Assembly (NCBI RefSeq): GCF_028641065.1
Contig: NC_073391.1
Coordinates: forward strand, 5,518,001-5,582,000
Source: Leucoraja erinacea
Taxonomy: Eukaryota
Reading direction: 5' to 3'
DNA length: 64,000 nt
The position numbers and the translations under genes were made by a program. The notes beneath the pieces were generated by a model. That model was not told where the DNA came from, made no database searches, and worked only from the letters and a program-made list of their open reading frames with translations. Position 1 is the first letter of the stretch. The number at the start of each line of letters is the position of its first letter. Shown here one piece after another: positions 12,575 to 25,983 of this stretch.

Positions 12575-13800
12575 CTATTACCAGCCTTTGATCCGCCAAA
12601 GAGGAAGTTGAGGATCCAGTTGCGTAGGGATGAGTAGAGAGTCCAGTTCCCTGAGTTTGATAACATGTTTGGAGGGGATGATGGTGTTGAATGCTGATGA
12701 ACACCAACCCTTTTTCTTATTGTTCTAGTGGTCTGGTGCACAGTGGAGAATCCACTGATAATCTACTGTTGACGAAGGCATATTTCTTTTAGAGATACAG
12801 CACTGAAACATGCCCTTCGGCCCACCGGGTCCGCGCAGACCAGCGATTATCGCATATTAACACTATCCTACACCCACTAGGGACAATTTTACATTTACCA
12901 AGCCAATTTACCGACATAGCGACATTGGATGTCTTTGGAGTGTGGGAGGAAACCGAAGATCTCGGAGAAAACCCACACAGGTCACGGGCAGACAGTACAA
13001 ACTCCGTACAGACAGCACCCGTAGTCGGGATCGAACCTGGGTCTCTGGCGCTGCAAGAGCTGTAAGGCAGCAACTCTACTACTGCACCACTGCGGCACCC
13101 TAATTGTAGTGAGTCCAGGTCCTTGCGATAGTAAGAGTTGATATGTGCCATACCCAACCTCTCAAAGCATTTCATCACCACATACGGTAGTCAGTAACAG
13201 TCACATTACCTTACACCTCTTGGGCACTGGTATTATTGATGCCCTTTTATAGCAGGTGGGAACCTCGGACTTTAGTTTACTTGCATGCCCATTCCAGTCA
13301 ATGAGAGGTTGAAGGTGTTCGCAAAATTTCCAGGCTGTTGGTCGGTAGTGATTTCAAGAAAATCATCAGGTTTAGATGCTTTCTAAGGCTTCACCCTCAT
13401 GAAGGATCTTCTGACATTGACCTTGGTGACTGAGATTACAATTCCATCAGCAGCTATGGGGGCCCAAGAAGGCACATTGGTTTTACCCCTTTCAATGCAA
13501 GCATAGATCACATTGAGCTTGTCGGGGAGTGATGCCTTGTTCTAGCTCGAGCTGCTACTTGGCTTCACCTTGTTGGAAGTGATGGCGTTGCAAGTTCTGC
13601 CACAGCTGCCAAATGATCATCTCATCCTCCAATTTATAGTGCGGTCATACATTGAGGTCCGATATGAATCTACATTACTAGACTTGAACGCCCGAGATCT
13701 GGTCCTCAGTAGATTGTACACCTGGTTTATCCAAGGCTTCTAGTTAGGGAACGTGCGGATGGTTTTGGTGGGAACACACTCCTCCACACATTTTCTTGCT
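12575..13800 (-). mobile_element. Older Rex1-type LINE fragment with a nested SINE at 12787-13100
   Basis: LRNWILNFL and VMKCFERL remnants. Confidence 0.7.
12787..13100 (-). mobile_element. HE1-like V-SINE
   Basis: Matches the family consensus. Confidence 0.85.
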
Positions 13801-14780
13801 GAACTCCTATCTACCTCATTGGAGACCCTCAGACTATCTTTGATTAGACTTTACTGGTGTTACTTGCACTAAACATTATTCCCTAGGGAATACTCTAGGG
13901 TGCTTATGTCAAGGCACAGGAGTCATTCAATTCATTCATCAAAGGGGTGCAAATGTTTTTTCCGCAAATACTATTATATAAATAGAGCATGAAGGTGTTG
14001 GAATGAGGGTATGGGTAAGTGCATGAAGACATATGTTCAGTAGAAATACTGCCAGTTATTTTGTCAAGGCCGAAAATTCACTCGTACTCAATGAAATTTT
14101 TAAACAAATAACAAAGAAGCACAAAATTATTTCATCCCAGTACAGTTAGAGATTGTAGGAAGTTATGGTTTATAGATTATGAGTTTGGAATTCATAACCA
14201 GAAGCCAATGGAAAAGATTTGACCTATAGGTATATGATTGTTGTGAAAGATATCTTGCAGCATTGTCATTTGAGTATTTCTGATTTGCCTGTGGGTTGAG
14301 TTGGGTGTAGACTAATGGAAGTGCACATTCAGTCCAAGTTACTTAACACTTACGATTCAGCATTGTAATTGACTTGCAAGTTAATTATATGTGTAGATGT
14401 AGCCTCAAATGCATTGGAATTTTGGGTGGAACAAATATTTAGAGCAAACGATGAATGCAGACTAAATACAGGAATAATGGTAGAAGGTCTGTTTCTCGAG
14501 TCTGGGTCACGTGAGTGTGAATGCAGTTGGTATGAAGAGAAATTTTGGCTGCAAGCTTTGCTAAGTGATAGGAGCAGAATTAGACCATTCACCCATCAAG
14601 TCTACTCTGCCATTCAATCATGACTGATCTATCTCTCCCTCCTAACCGCATTTCCTGCCTTCTCCCCATTACCCCTGACACCCGTAGTAATCAAGAATCT
14701 ATCTATCTATCTCTGCCAGAAAAATATCCATTGACTTCTCCTGCACAGTGCTCTTTATGGTTTGGGCTTGTAAAGAAGGC

Positions 14781-14830
14781 TGTGTGAAGAACAGGTTGTG
14801 TGAAGAACAGGTTGTGTGAAGAACAGGTTG
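14781..14830 (+). repeat. 16-bp tandem repeat x3 (TGTGTGAAGAACAGGT)
   Basis: Read directly from the sequence. Confidence 0.95.
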
Positions 14831-15765
14831 GCAAGATGGCCACCAGTCCCCAGTGTTGGCCGGCCCTGCGTCAGCTATTCACAATAGAGGCACCAGTAAA
14901 TCAAATCCAGCCTCCTCCTTTCAGCTGGAGTACGTATGGATTGGAGGTGTGGCCAGCATTCTGCTTGAATGTGGTGCTTTCAGTAGCTAAATAACTGGCG
15001 CAACAGCAAGTTGAAAGCCATGGAACACTTCCATCTGATTTCCTTGACCACATCATCAGCAGAGGAAAGAGAGGAAACTATAATTAAGTTTAGAACATGT
15101 TTGGTACAATGATCATGTTTAGTACATTCACACAGAGTGGGAATTCAACATGCAGAAACTCCTAGCATTAACTACCACACCTGGGAAATATTTACTCAGA
15201 TGCCATGAGGGAACAAAATGTATGGTTGGATCACATTATGGTGTAGCCAATTAATTTTTAGTTCTGTGCTTTGGGAATGTGCAGCTGACAAAAAGAGCAA
15301 CAGTCTTGTCTATAGTTACTGCTGACCCATTCCTTCTGGTCTTTTAATGGACATGGGTGACGAGTTCACACCTGCGGGATTGCCTTGGGCTGAGACAATG
15401 ATTTTTCAAAGGTAGTTATCAAAAGTACATTTTCACCTTGGGCTTCTGTGCATTTTACCATTGATTTGAATTGGCATGAACAATGCTGTTCAAAAATGTA
15501 CAGCCCTATATAGTTGAGCAGCAAGAAAATTCCCATAAGGCATATTTGTAAAATTATAATTTGAATGGAGTGGGGGGTAGAATGTGGGGGTGAGATGGAG
15601 TGGAATGGAATAAATAGGAGGAGATTCAAAACATGGAGTATTCTGTGCTTACTGGAACTCTAGTAACTTTGTACCAAAGTGTTAATTTACTACTACTCCA
15701 TGGTAAACGCAACCAACATTTTGTTGCCCTTCCTTATCCCCGTTACAAAACCACCTTTCCCACTC

Positions 15766-16410
15766 GTTTTTTACACAGAGAGTGGTGAACCTCTGGAATT
15801 CTCTGCCACAGAATGTAGTTGAGGCCAGTTCATTGGCTATATTTAAGAGGGATTTAGATGTGGCTCTTGTGGCTAAAGGGATCAGGGGGTATGGAGAGAA
15901 AGCAGGTACGGGATACTGAGTTGGATGATCAGCCATGATCATATTGAATGGCGGTGCAGGCTCGAAGGGCCGAATGACCTACTCCTGCACCTATTTTCTA
16001 TGTTTCTATGACTTGGCCTCCACAGCATTCTGTGGCAAAGAATTCCACAGATTCACCACACTCTAAATAAATTTCTCCTCATCTCCTTCATAAAGGAAGG
16101 TCCCTTAATTCTGAGGCTATAACCTCTAGTCTTAAACTCTCCTACTTGTGGAAATTTCCTCTCCACATCCACTGTATCCAAAGCTTTCACTATTCAGCAA
16201 GTTTCAATGAGGTCCCCCCAAATCGTTCTAAACTCAAGTGAGTTCAGGCCCAGTGCCGTCAAACGCTCATCATATGTTAATTCACTCATTCCTGGGATCA
16301 TTCTTGAAAACCTCCTCTGGACCTTCTCCACAGCCAGCATATCTTTCCTCCAATATGGTGCCCAAAATTGCTCACAATATTCCAAATGCGGCCTGACCAG
16401 CACCTTCAGC
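15766..16410. mobile_element. CR1 LINE 3' fragments (+ 15766-16010, - 16010-16410)
   Basis: VRPHLEYCEQFWAP...VQRRFSRMIPG and FTQRVVNLWNSLP. Confidence 0.75.
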
Positions 16411-17008
16411 ATTACACCCCTATATTTGCAATGGGAATCAATCAGCACTATTACAGTATGTCAGTTTGGAGCTGCCAAATATTTTAATTGTATGAAGCAA
16501 GGGCACACAACTATGCAAAGCTAAACCAAGCATATCAATTCTCAACAGTGAATGTCGAGCAATGTCTCAATGGAAGGCAAACAATTACTATATTAAACCA
16601 CAGAACGAAGGTCCTTACAACATTTAGGTGAATGAACAAGGCAGTAATTCACTCAACATTTCATAGATACAAAAGATGATGAAAAATAAAAGCAGCAATT
16701 TCAAATTAGGGTAAAAAATAATTATATAGGCATCAACATGAATGTTGACACAATTACAAAAATAATAGAATGGTGCATTAAAATAGAAATTGGGAAATTC
16801 TTCATGCAAGACCCCGAGAATATGAGGGAAAGTGCAATGAGTAGTACTCTACAATGTGCAAAAGGCAAACCTGCCAATTATAATTGTAGATGATTTAAAA
16901 CCTTCCACCATCACCCTCTGCTGCCTTCCATGAAGCCAAGTTTCTATCCATTCAGCTATCTCTCCTTGGATCCCATGCAATCTAACCTACAAAGCCACTG
17001 GCTGAAAT

Positions 17009-18385
17009 GGTTCAAGTTCAAGTTCAAGTGAGTTTATTGTCATGTGTCCCTGTATAGGACAATGAAATTCTTGCTTTGCTTAAGCACGCAGAAAAAAATA
17101 GTAAGCATTTACTACAAAACAGATAAATGTGTCCATATACCATGATATAAATATCTACACACATGAATAAATAAACTGGTAAAGTGCAAATAACAGAAAG
17201 TGGTTATTAATAATCAGAGTTTTGTCCGAGCCAGGTTTAATAGCCTGATGGCTGAGGGGAAGTAGCTATTCCTGAACCTGGTTGTTGCAGTCTTCAGGCT
17301 CCTGTACCTTCTACCTGAATGTAGCAGGGAGATGAGTGCGTGGCCAGGATGGTGTGGGTCTTTGATGATACTGCCAGCCTTTTTGAGGCAGCGACTGCGA
17401 TAAATCCCCTCGATGGAAGGAAGGTCAGAGCCGATGATGGACTGGGCAGTGTTTACTACTTTTTGTAGTCTTTTCTTCTCCAGGGCGCTCAAATTGCCGA
17501 ACCAAGCCACGATGCAACCGGTCAGCATGCTCTCGACTGTGCACCTGTAGAAGTTAGAGAGAGTCTTCCTTGACAATCCGACTCTCCGTAATCTTCTCAG
17601 GAAAGTAGAGGCGCTGATGAGCTTTTTTGATAATTGTGTTAGTGTTCTCGGACCAGGAAAGATCTTCAGAGATGTGCACGCCCAGGAATTTGAAGTTCTT
17701 GACCCTTTCAACCATCGACCCATTGATATAAATGGGGCTGTGGGTCCCCCTCCTACTCCTTCCAAAGTTCACAATCAGTTTCTTGGTTTTGCTGGGGTTG
17801 AGGGCCAGGTTATTGCGCTGGCACCATATGGACAGTAGCTCGATCTCTCTTCTGTACTCTGACTCATCCCCATCAGTGATACGCCCCACAATAGTGGTGT
17901 CGTCAGCGAACTTGATGATGGAGTTCACACTGTGGTTCGCTACGCAGTCATGGGTATAGAATGAGTACAGCAGGGGGCTGAGCACGCAGCCTTGAGGTGC
18001 TCCCGTACTGATTGTTATTGAGGCTGACACATTTCCACCAATACGAACAGACTGTGGTCTGTGGATGAGGAAGTCGAGGATCCAGTTGCAGAGGGATGCG
18101 CAGAGACCCAGTTCTGCGAGTTTGCTAATCAGTTTGGAGGGGATGATTGTATTAAATGCCGAGCTGTAATCAATGAATAACAGCCTGACATATGAGTTTT
18201 TGTTGTCCAAGTGGTCCAAGAGCAGAGTGGAGGGCCAGCGAGATCGCATCCACCGTTGATCTGTTGTGGCGGTACGCGAACTGCAGTGGGTCCAGGTTTT
18301 TGTCGAGGTAGGAGTTGATTTGCTCTATGATCAACCTCTCAAAGCACTTCATCACCACTGGCGTCAGTGCCACTTGTCGATAGTC
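17009..18385 (-). mobile_element. Rex1/Babar-type LINE fragment
   Basis: ORFs 17554-18249 ([28 protein letters not shown]), 17214-17765 and 18170-18415. (TTGAAC)n tail. Confidence 0.88.
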
Positions 18386-19149
18386 AAGAATGGAATGGAA
18401 ACATTCATTCATCATGAATTATCAGGGCTATTATTGAGCAAAACCTGAGATGATAACGAAGGGAATGATCTAACATTGATCAATGATCTAATGATCTAAC
18501 AAATGGGTTGAGGAATGGTTGATGGAATTTCATGCAGGAAACGGATAGGACAATTCTCTCTTGCTGATCTCACAGGCAGCAAGGGAGAATAAAACTCATA
18601 CAGATCCAAGCTGTAATACTGCGGCAGTTGGGCATTCCTCACCCCCTGATGTTCTCTATCAGCCACCCCACCTCGGCTAGACCCTAAGTTTCTGGTCTCC
18701 CTCTTGGCCACTTTCAATGTGTTTGGATTCCATCTTTCTTCTTCGGTTCTAGCTCCTGTTTAGCCCATTCCCATGGCTTGCCATTAACCTTTCCTGCCCT
18801 GAATCCCAACTTCACCTCTTCCCGCAGCAGCTCCTATGAACTGAACTAGATTGGAGCTGTGAACTAAGGGATGTGGTTTGCAAAAAATATATAGATAGTA
18901 TCATCAATATTCTGCAGGCATGATTCAAGTTTTAAAAACACTAAAACGTTTTATGTAGTTTTAGGTTGATTTCTCCCAAAAATAAATATTTCTACTGTCT
19001 TTTATAAATTAATCACAATTTATAACAGTGAACATTAAGTTTGTGTAGTTTTGTCTGGCTTGCCTGTAATTGTCCCAGTTTAGGTAGGGTCCCACTCAAA
19101 TCCATGTAAAAGTGGATGCCAAGCAGAGCTACTGTAAACCTGGGACAGG

Positions 19150-19602
19150 GCAAAGGCCGCGGATGCCAATAGGATTACCAAGCCCCATCCTGGGGGCTGT
19201 TGGATTCATGGGAGATGGTCTTGGAGGGGAGGATGCTCCTCAAACTGCGGAGTGCCTTAGACAATGCAGCTCATCCCCTCTGTGACCCATTGGTCAATCA
19301 GAGGAGTACCTTCAGCAACAGACTGGTTCCACCAAGATGCTGTACAGAATGCCACAGGATATCCTTCTTCCCTGTGGCTATCAGACTGTACAACTCCTCC
19401 CCTTCTGTCGTGGGGTAGACTGACTCTTCCCCCCCCCCCACCCCTCCCCCCCCCCCCCTCCTCCCCCAAACCACCCCAAACTTTGCACCCCCCCCAATCT
19501 TTTCCACTCGTCACTTTAATGTCATGTTTCATGTATCTTGTGTTCATGATTGTTGGCAGATCAATTTCCCTCCTGGGATAAATAAAGTTCTATCGTATCG
19601 TA
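19150..19602 (+). mobile_element. Rex1-type LINE 3' end
   Basis: HPL..L...RSTFSNRL...SFFPVAIRLYN, followed by AATAAA and a (TATCG)n tail. Confidence 0.75.
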
Positions 19603-20341
19603 CCTCAGTATTGAAAAGTCAGTGGAAAAACAGTTAAAGAACAAAAGCATTGTAAGTGTCACAGAGTAATTGGCTGATATACAAGTGGTGGCACCCAAGG
19701 TGATTAAGGGTTTCTGGCTTCACAGAGACCTTAATGTTACGCTTAGCGGAGCAGTAGATGACGGGCAATTGTCTGCGCAGTTGAGATGACATTCTATTTG
19801 CAACATCTGTAGAGGTAGAAAACCTGCAAGTGAACTTACTTGGGGAAATATTACAAAAAGACTGCATCAAGGCGATTGCAGCAGAAGGCTTTAAAAAAGC
19901 AAGTGATTTTTTTGTGCAAAATGTATTTAAGAATTTCAAGACTAGGAAATGGAATGCAGCAGAGAAAATTGAAGTCATCTTCAGAGCGAGAGAAGCCTAA
20001 TGAATATACATTATGAGTATTGATCAAATGTGGTAACAGTACACTCAAATGGAGACATTGACATTGATAATTACAAATGCTGTTACAAGATTTTACCAAT
20101 CCTTCCATGGAGGACTTTTCACACTAGTTAATGGCCACAGGCCATTGTTGGCCTTTCTGAGGGTTAGTCTGCTGATGTGAAATAGTAAGATCAATAACGC
20201 AGAGGTTGGCCATCATTTTGGCCCAGTGAAGCAATGATGCTAAGTGCAGTGTATCCAAACAAAATGCATCATTAGTTACCTTGTTGAGACTACCATCTGT
20301 AGAATACAGATTCCTCTACTGGCAATGGAATTGATTTGCCT

Positions 20342-20647
20342 GTTTAGTTTAGTTTAGTTTAGAGATTCAGTGAGGAAGCAGGTCCTTTGGCCCACCGGTT
20401 CCACGCCGACCAGCATATTAACACAACCCTACACACAAGGGACAATTTTATATTTATACCAAGCCAATTAACCTACAAACCTATACGTCATTGGAGTTTG
20501 GGAGGAAACCGAAGATCTGGGAGAAATTACTCGCAGGTCACAAGGAGAACATAAAACTCCGTACAGACAGCACCCATAGTCAGGATCGAACCCGGGACCC
20601 TGGCGCTGTAAAGCAGCAACTCTACCGCTGCGCTACCGTGACGCCCA
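20342..20647 (-). mobile_element. HE1-like V-SINE
   Basis: Matches the family consensus. Confidence 0.85.
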
Positions 20648-20806
20648 CGCAATTATTGTTATCAAACGGATATAGCTGGAGCTACACTGAAAGAGCCTGT
20701 TTGGCATCAAGTGCATAACGACACTTTAAATTGATGGCAGATTTGGACAGAGGTCTGAATGAAGACATAACTCTGTTTTACCACAGACAGTGTATACAAT
20801 CCACCC

Positions 20807-21115
20807 ACCGGTGGTGCAGCGGTAGAGTTGCTGCCTTACAGCACCAGAGACCCGGGTTTGATCCTGACCACACATGCTTGTCTGTACGGAGTTTGTTCGT
20901 TCTCCCCGTGACATATGTGGGTTTTTCTGAGATCTTCAGTTTCCTCCCACACTCCAAAGATGTACAGATTTGTAGGTTAACTGGCTTTGTATAAATGTAA
21001 ATTGTCCCTAGTGTGTGTAGGATAGTGTTAGTGTGCTGGGATCGCTGGTTGGTGCGGACTCAATGGGCCGAAGTGCCTGTTTCTGTGCTGATCTCTAAAC
21101 TAAAGTAAACTAAAC
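20807..21115 (+). mobile_element. HE1-like V-SINE
   Basis: Matches the family consensus. Confidence 0.85.
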
Positions 21116-22345
21116 CAGGGCTAGGGTTTGGTACCAAAGGAATTAAAAAGGAAGATTGTGCTATAACACCATATCTGGGTACAGTAACTCTGAAGGCAGT
21201 GGCTAAAGAATATATAGTATCTATTGGCTTCACATTGACAAAGATATAGAAGACCTAGGCAGGAAATAAGCAACACTTTAGGGCAGCAGATCATAACTTT
21301 AAGGAAACACTTCCGTTCTAAAAGTGGTCCACCAGCCATTATTGCAGGTCCAGATTATTACGGAAAAGATGTGGGCAACTTCTCGGTATTAATTTACAAC
21401 CATTCAGAGTGGCTGGAAATAAAGATAGTGGGATTACGTCCTACCTGAGAACAGAGGAAAGCAGTGCAGATCTATCTTTGTAACACACAGACTTCCTAAA
21501 ATAATTCATATCAGACAGTGGTTTGCAGTTGAGATTGTTCTATTTTAACCAATGAATGGAATAAAACATTGTTTATGTCTTCCTACCACTCAGCTTCAAG
21601 TGGTGAAACTGCAAGGTAAGTTTGCATGGTAAATGAGGCATTTAAGAGGCAATTAGGTCAATCAAACTTCATCATGATACATCAAGTTATTGCGGCATTT
21701 TCCTAAGCCCGGGGAGAGTGTTACTTTCCACAATGGGATTTACTCCAGCTGAAATAGTAATTATCTAGAAGACTATCTCATCCAATCTCTTTGGAATGGA
21801 AAGTGGGGGAGAGGTATTTAAAACAGGAATTGTAAGGAGAAAATATACAATTTTGTTCAAATGTAAGGGGAAAAGATACAATGAATCACCTGACATTTAA
21901 CAGCATTGATGTATTGTATAGAGGGAGGGATCATTGGGTCGGTCCATAACTCACTGAGAGTAGATAGAATGGTTAAAAAGGCATATTGTGTGCTTGATGT
22001 AATTGGTTGGAGCAGTGAGTATGAGCTAGGAAGTGGTCATGCAGCATTATAATGGTGGTGTTTGAAGCACGATACGTTAGTGGCATTTAAAAGATTGTTG
22101 GATAGACATATGGATATCCAGGAAATGGAGGGATATGGATTAGGTACAGATTGATAATTGATGCTCTTGGCATCATTTTTGGCTGACACATTGTAAGTTA
22201 AAGAGCCTGTTCGTGTGCGGTACTGTTCTGCATTCTGTGTTCAATGTTCAATAAATCTGTGGCAACGATACAAACCATATGGAGAAAAGATTCAGTCTGC
22301 ATGATAGACTTCATTCACTGAGATTTCCTGGCAGTTTGTCAAAGA

Positions 22346-22685
22346 GTCATAGAGTGTGGAAACAGGCCCTTCCGCCCAGCTCCCCCACTCCGGCCAACAT
22401 GTCCCAGCTAAGCTTGTCCCACCTGCCTGAATTTGGCCCAAATCCCTCCAAACCTGTCCTATCCATGTACCTGTCTAACTGTTTCTTAAAAATTGAGATA
22501 GCCCCTGCCTCAACTACCTCCTCCGGCAGCTCGTTCCATACACCCACCTCCCTTTGTATGAAAAAGTTACCCTTCAAATTCCTACAAAATCTTTTTCCCT
22601 TTATCTTGAACCTATATCCTCTGGTCCTTGATTCACCGACTCTGGGCAAGAGAGACGATCTATTCCTCTCATGATTTTATACATT
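22346..22685 (-). mobile_element. CR1/HER1 LINE 3' end
   Basis: ORF 22347-22649 TRGYRFK...WNELPEEVVEA. Confidence 0.8.
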
Positions 22686-22829
22686 GTAAATGTGGAGACA
22701 GGACATCAGAATATGGGTTGGGAAACCCTTGTGAAAGTCTGAGAGAAATTCTCCACGATCAGCACTGGCCCCTAATCCTAGTGAATGGGAGAGTGGTGAG
22801 ATAAGCTGCTGAGTCAGATGTGTCACCTA

Positions 22830-23120
22830 TGGGCCTGTGCCATTTACGTGACTTTTTTGGCGACTGCCGGCACCCGTCATAGGTCGGGCCAGCCGCGACC
22901 AGAACAAGGTACGACTCTTTGGGCGACTACTTACGACCATACCATCTCGCCAGGGTGTCGCCTGTAGGGTCGTGAGTCGTCTCCTCAGTCGCCCAAAGAG
23001 TCGTAGCGTCTTTCTGGTTGCCGCTGAATTTTCAACATGTTGAAAATTTTCGCCGACCTACAACGACCTATGACGGGTGCCGCCAGTTGCTGAAAAAGTT
23101 GCGTATGTGGTACAGGCCCA
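22830..23120. mobile_element. Harbinger-type MITE, subfamily 1 (internally deleted)
   Basis: TIR TGGGCCTGTGCCA/TGGTACAGGCCCA. Flanks CTA/TTA. Homologous to 796-1136. Confidence 0.8.
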
Positions 23121-24980
23121 TTATGCTTGGTTGGTATGGATACTACGACCAATGTTGCTCAAGAGGGGTTAAGTTAATCTGTGATGTTTCTATTAAAAGC
23201 CTGGATGCTTTAAAAAAAAATAAAATAAAAAAATTGGATAGGTATATGGACGGGAAAGGAATGGAGGGTTATGGTCTGAGTGCAGGTAGATGGGACTAGG
23301 GGAAAATAAGTGTTCGCACGGACTTGAAGGGCCGAGATGGCCTGTTTTCCATGCTGTAATTGTTATATGGTTATATGGTTATATGCAACAATATTGTTAA
23401 TACAGGTGATGTATGATATTCCTACAATACGTGGTGAATCATTGACTTTAGCACAAGTACTGTGCCAAAACATCATAAAGACTCTGAGACTGTGATTCAA
23501 TGAAATCGTAGTCTGCATTGTATGCTAACTTGTACGTCGTAACCCTTTGGACCCACTCCACCTTTGAACCCCAGGTGAATTGGAAGACAGGGTATCAATA
23601 ATGGAATGTGGAGAAAGCAGGAACAGATTCTGATATTGGAGGATTAGCCATGATTATATTGAATGGCGGTGCTGGCTCGAAGGGCTGAATGGCCTACTCC
23701 TGCATCTATTTATTATGTTTCTATGCCAGCCGTGTGATCACTGAGACAGAGGAGTAGGGAACGGGCCATACTTGCGTCAACTACAGCTGCCCCGAGAGCA
23801 CCTGATGACCTAATTCTTTCAAATAATTAAACCCTTTATTCAATTATTCGTTGGGATTAATTACAGCTGTTTCCTTTCCCAATGTACATAACTAGTAATA
23901 CTGTTAGTGGGATGTATTTAGTGCTGAGGCATATCATTGATGCTGGTAAAAATGGTGCTGGAAAGAAAATTGGTGCTTATTTTCTGCTAGTTTGTTAACT
24001 ATGAATTGGCCTCTGCATTATTCCATTGCCGTTATTATCCATGCCAAGTGTTCCATTCCTTTGAGAAGCAATCTTAATTAGCATGCAACATGCTAATGAA
24101 GGTCATCAGACAGTCGATAACAACATCTGGTTGGCACCTCCCTCCATTAACTTCATATGTTGAGGTAATGCCTTTGCCATGCTAATTTATTTTAATCTCC
24201 CAGAGTGTGAGAGCGGTGCCAATGAAGGCTGTACGAGGTTCGGTTGTAACTTTCCCAACCCAGCCATTAACTGGGATGTCATTGTGGTGCTGTGCCAATC
24301 TGATGGCCAACACGATGCTTGGTGAGGCCCCAGACAAATCCACGTTATCATAATTCTTATTCCCAAAGAGGTAAATGGCTTTCTTGTGAAGTGGTTTACC
24401 TCAGTAATTGTTTACCTTTTCCTCCCAATGATTTGAAATATATGTCCAACGCAGGATTGTGCAGGAGCTTTGAAATCAGCTTCTTAATTCCACCCAATCC
24501 CCATTTGACAAGGAGAGGAAGGACAGCACTCTTCACTAGAATTTAAAGAAGGCTGGGCAAGAACTCTGGCATGAGTAGATCCAATTCCCTATTCGTGATG
24601 ACATGACTGCAAGGGCAGCACAAGTGGAGAGTATGTTTCCACTCATGGCAGAGTCTAGGACCAGAGCCTCAGAATAAACCTTTAGAAAGGAGATGAGGAG
24701 GAATTTTATTCAGAGCATGATGAGTCTATGGCATTCATTGCCACAGATGGCTGTGGTAGCAAAGTCAATGGATATTTTTAAGGCGGAGATTGACGGATTT
24801 TTGATTAGCAATGGTGTCAGGGGTTTTGGGAAGAAGGCAAGAGAATGGGGTTGGGAGGGAAAGATAGATCGACCATGATTGAATGGTGTAGACTTGATGG
24901 GCCGAATGGCCTAATTCTGCTCCTATAACTTATGAACTTACGAATCTGACCTATATTATATACTTTATATTATGTCTATT

Positions 24981-25097
24981 CTGAAGAAGGGGCATGACCC
25001 GAAATGTCACCCATTCCTTCTCTCCAGAGATGCTGCGTTACTCCAGCATTTTGTGTTTACTTTGGTTTAAACCAGCCTCTGCAGTTCATTCCTACAC
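24981..25097 (+). mobile_element. Penelope-derived mini-element starting at the hammerhead core
   Basis: CTGAAGAAGGGGCATGACCCGAAATGTC... Repeat CTA(T/C)ATTATATACT at 24951-64 and 25097-110. Confidence 0.75.
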
Positions 25098-25843
25098 TAC
25101 ATTATATACTGGGCTTTTAATCCCTTTCCTTTTTGATGTATTAACTCATATTTATTATTGTACGCAACAATTATTATGATTGTTCTTATCATTTCTTATT
25201 AACAACCATCTACAAACATTCCTCTTCATACATGCACCGGGCCCTGGATACTGCTAAGACCACGCTCATCTTTTACTGATACAGGAACACGTCAATGTAC
25301 CTGGAGATCTACTAGAGAAACTGGGATAAAATTGGGGTTAAAATAAAAACAAGAAAGATCAATCCTTGTGAAAATCAGGATCTTAATTTTAGCAGAACTC
25401 CCTATCTCTTAGTAATTGTGATTAGGGTTCTACTTCCTGTTATTTATTTTTTTTGCTTAATCTTCAACAGTCCATGATAACAGATATTCTGCATTTATGT
25501 ATTTTATTTTCTAGTCAGTGTCCTATTCAGTGGTGCAGGTCTGACCTGACAGAAGAATTATTTGTATTCCTTTTAATCATTTCCATGCTGTATACAATAT
25601 CAGCAAAGCTCGGGTGAAGTCTACTCTGTAAATGGCAATGCTAATGGTGTTATCAAGAGGGACACATGTCTCCCGTTAAATTGTCTGAGGTTTTCATTTA
25701 ACAAAGATGCATCTTACCATCCAACCAATGTGTGGATTTTTATTTCTCATATTTTTGGCTGAAATCATTTTGCTGATTTCACAGTCTCCTGAGTTATTGA
25801 ACAATTACTTTTGCCTTCTAACCTGATGACAGATCATCTTGAA

Positions 25844-25983
25844 TTCTTCTTCTTGCGCATGGCGTGCACAACCTCAAGTTGTAAAGTCAACTTGTTCTAT
25901 TTGATCTATTTGTTTGTGCACGTCGGGTTGATTGCATTAGTCGAAACAGGGTGGACCATGTGAAGGTTGCAATCTCCCACCCC
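25844..25983 (-). mobile_element. About 140-bp retroposon, family A: HDV-like ribozyme head, structured 3' end, (AAG)n tail
   Basis: Same 5' start GGGGTGG(G/A)AGATTGCAACC as the copies at 36986 and 4673. Tail reads CTTCTTCTT on the + strand. Possible degenerate 10-bp TSD ATCTTGAATT/ATGTGGAATT. Confidence 0.85.
25930..25983 (-). ncRNA. Minimal HDV/CPEB3-like ribozyme fold (family A)
   Basis: GGGGUGG GA GAUUGCA ACC UUCACAU GGU CCACCCU GU UUCGA CUAA UGCAAUC. 7-bp P1 with G1.U, 7-bp P2, 3-bp P3, 7-nt L3, J4/2 CUAA. Confidence 0.85.

Larger units (their letters stand above)
19090..21780 (+). mobile_element. Highly decayed Ty3/Gypsy LTR-retrotransposon pol (RT, RNase H, integrase), interrupted by LINE and SINE insertions
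   Basis: Motif remnants in Gypsy order: DDILF (about 19784), YTQMETLTLIITNAVTRFYQSFHGGLFTLVNGHRPLLAFL (about 20040), QRLAIILA, YWLHIDKDIEDL (about 21222), RSIFVTHRLPKII.SDSG, NGIKH...YHSASSG, GFTPAE. Confidence 0.75.

Noticed and set aside
14781-14830. Short direct repeats here and at 38160-38226 considered as CRISPR-like
   Set aside because: Head-to-tail tandem duplications without spacers, in a eukaryotic genome.
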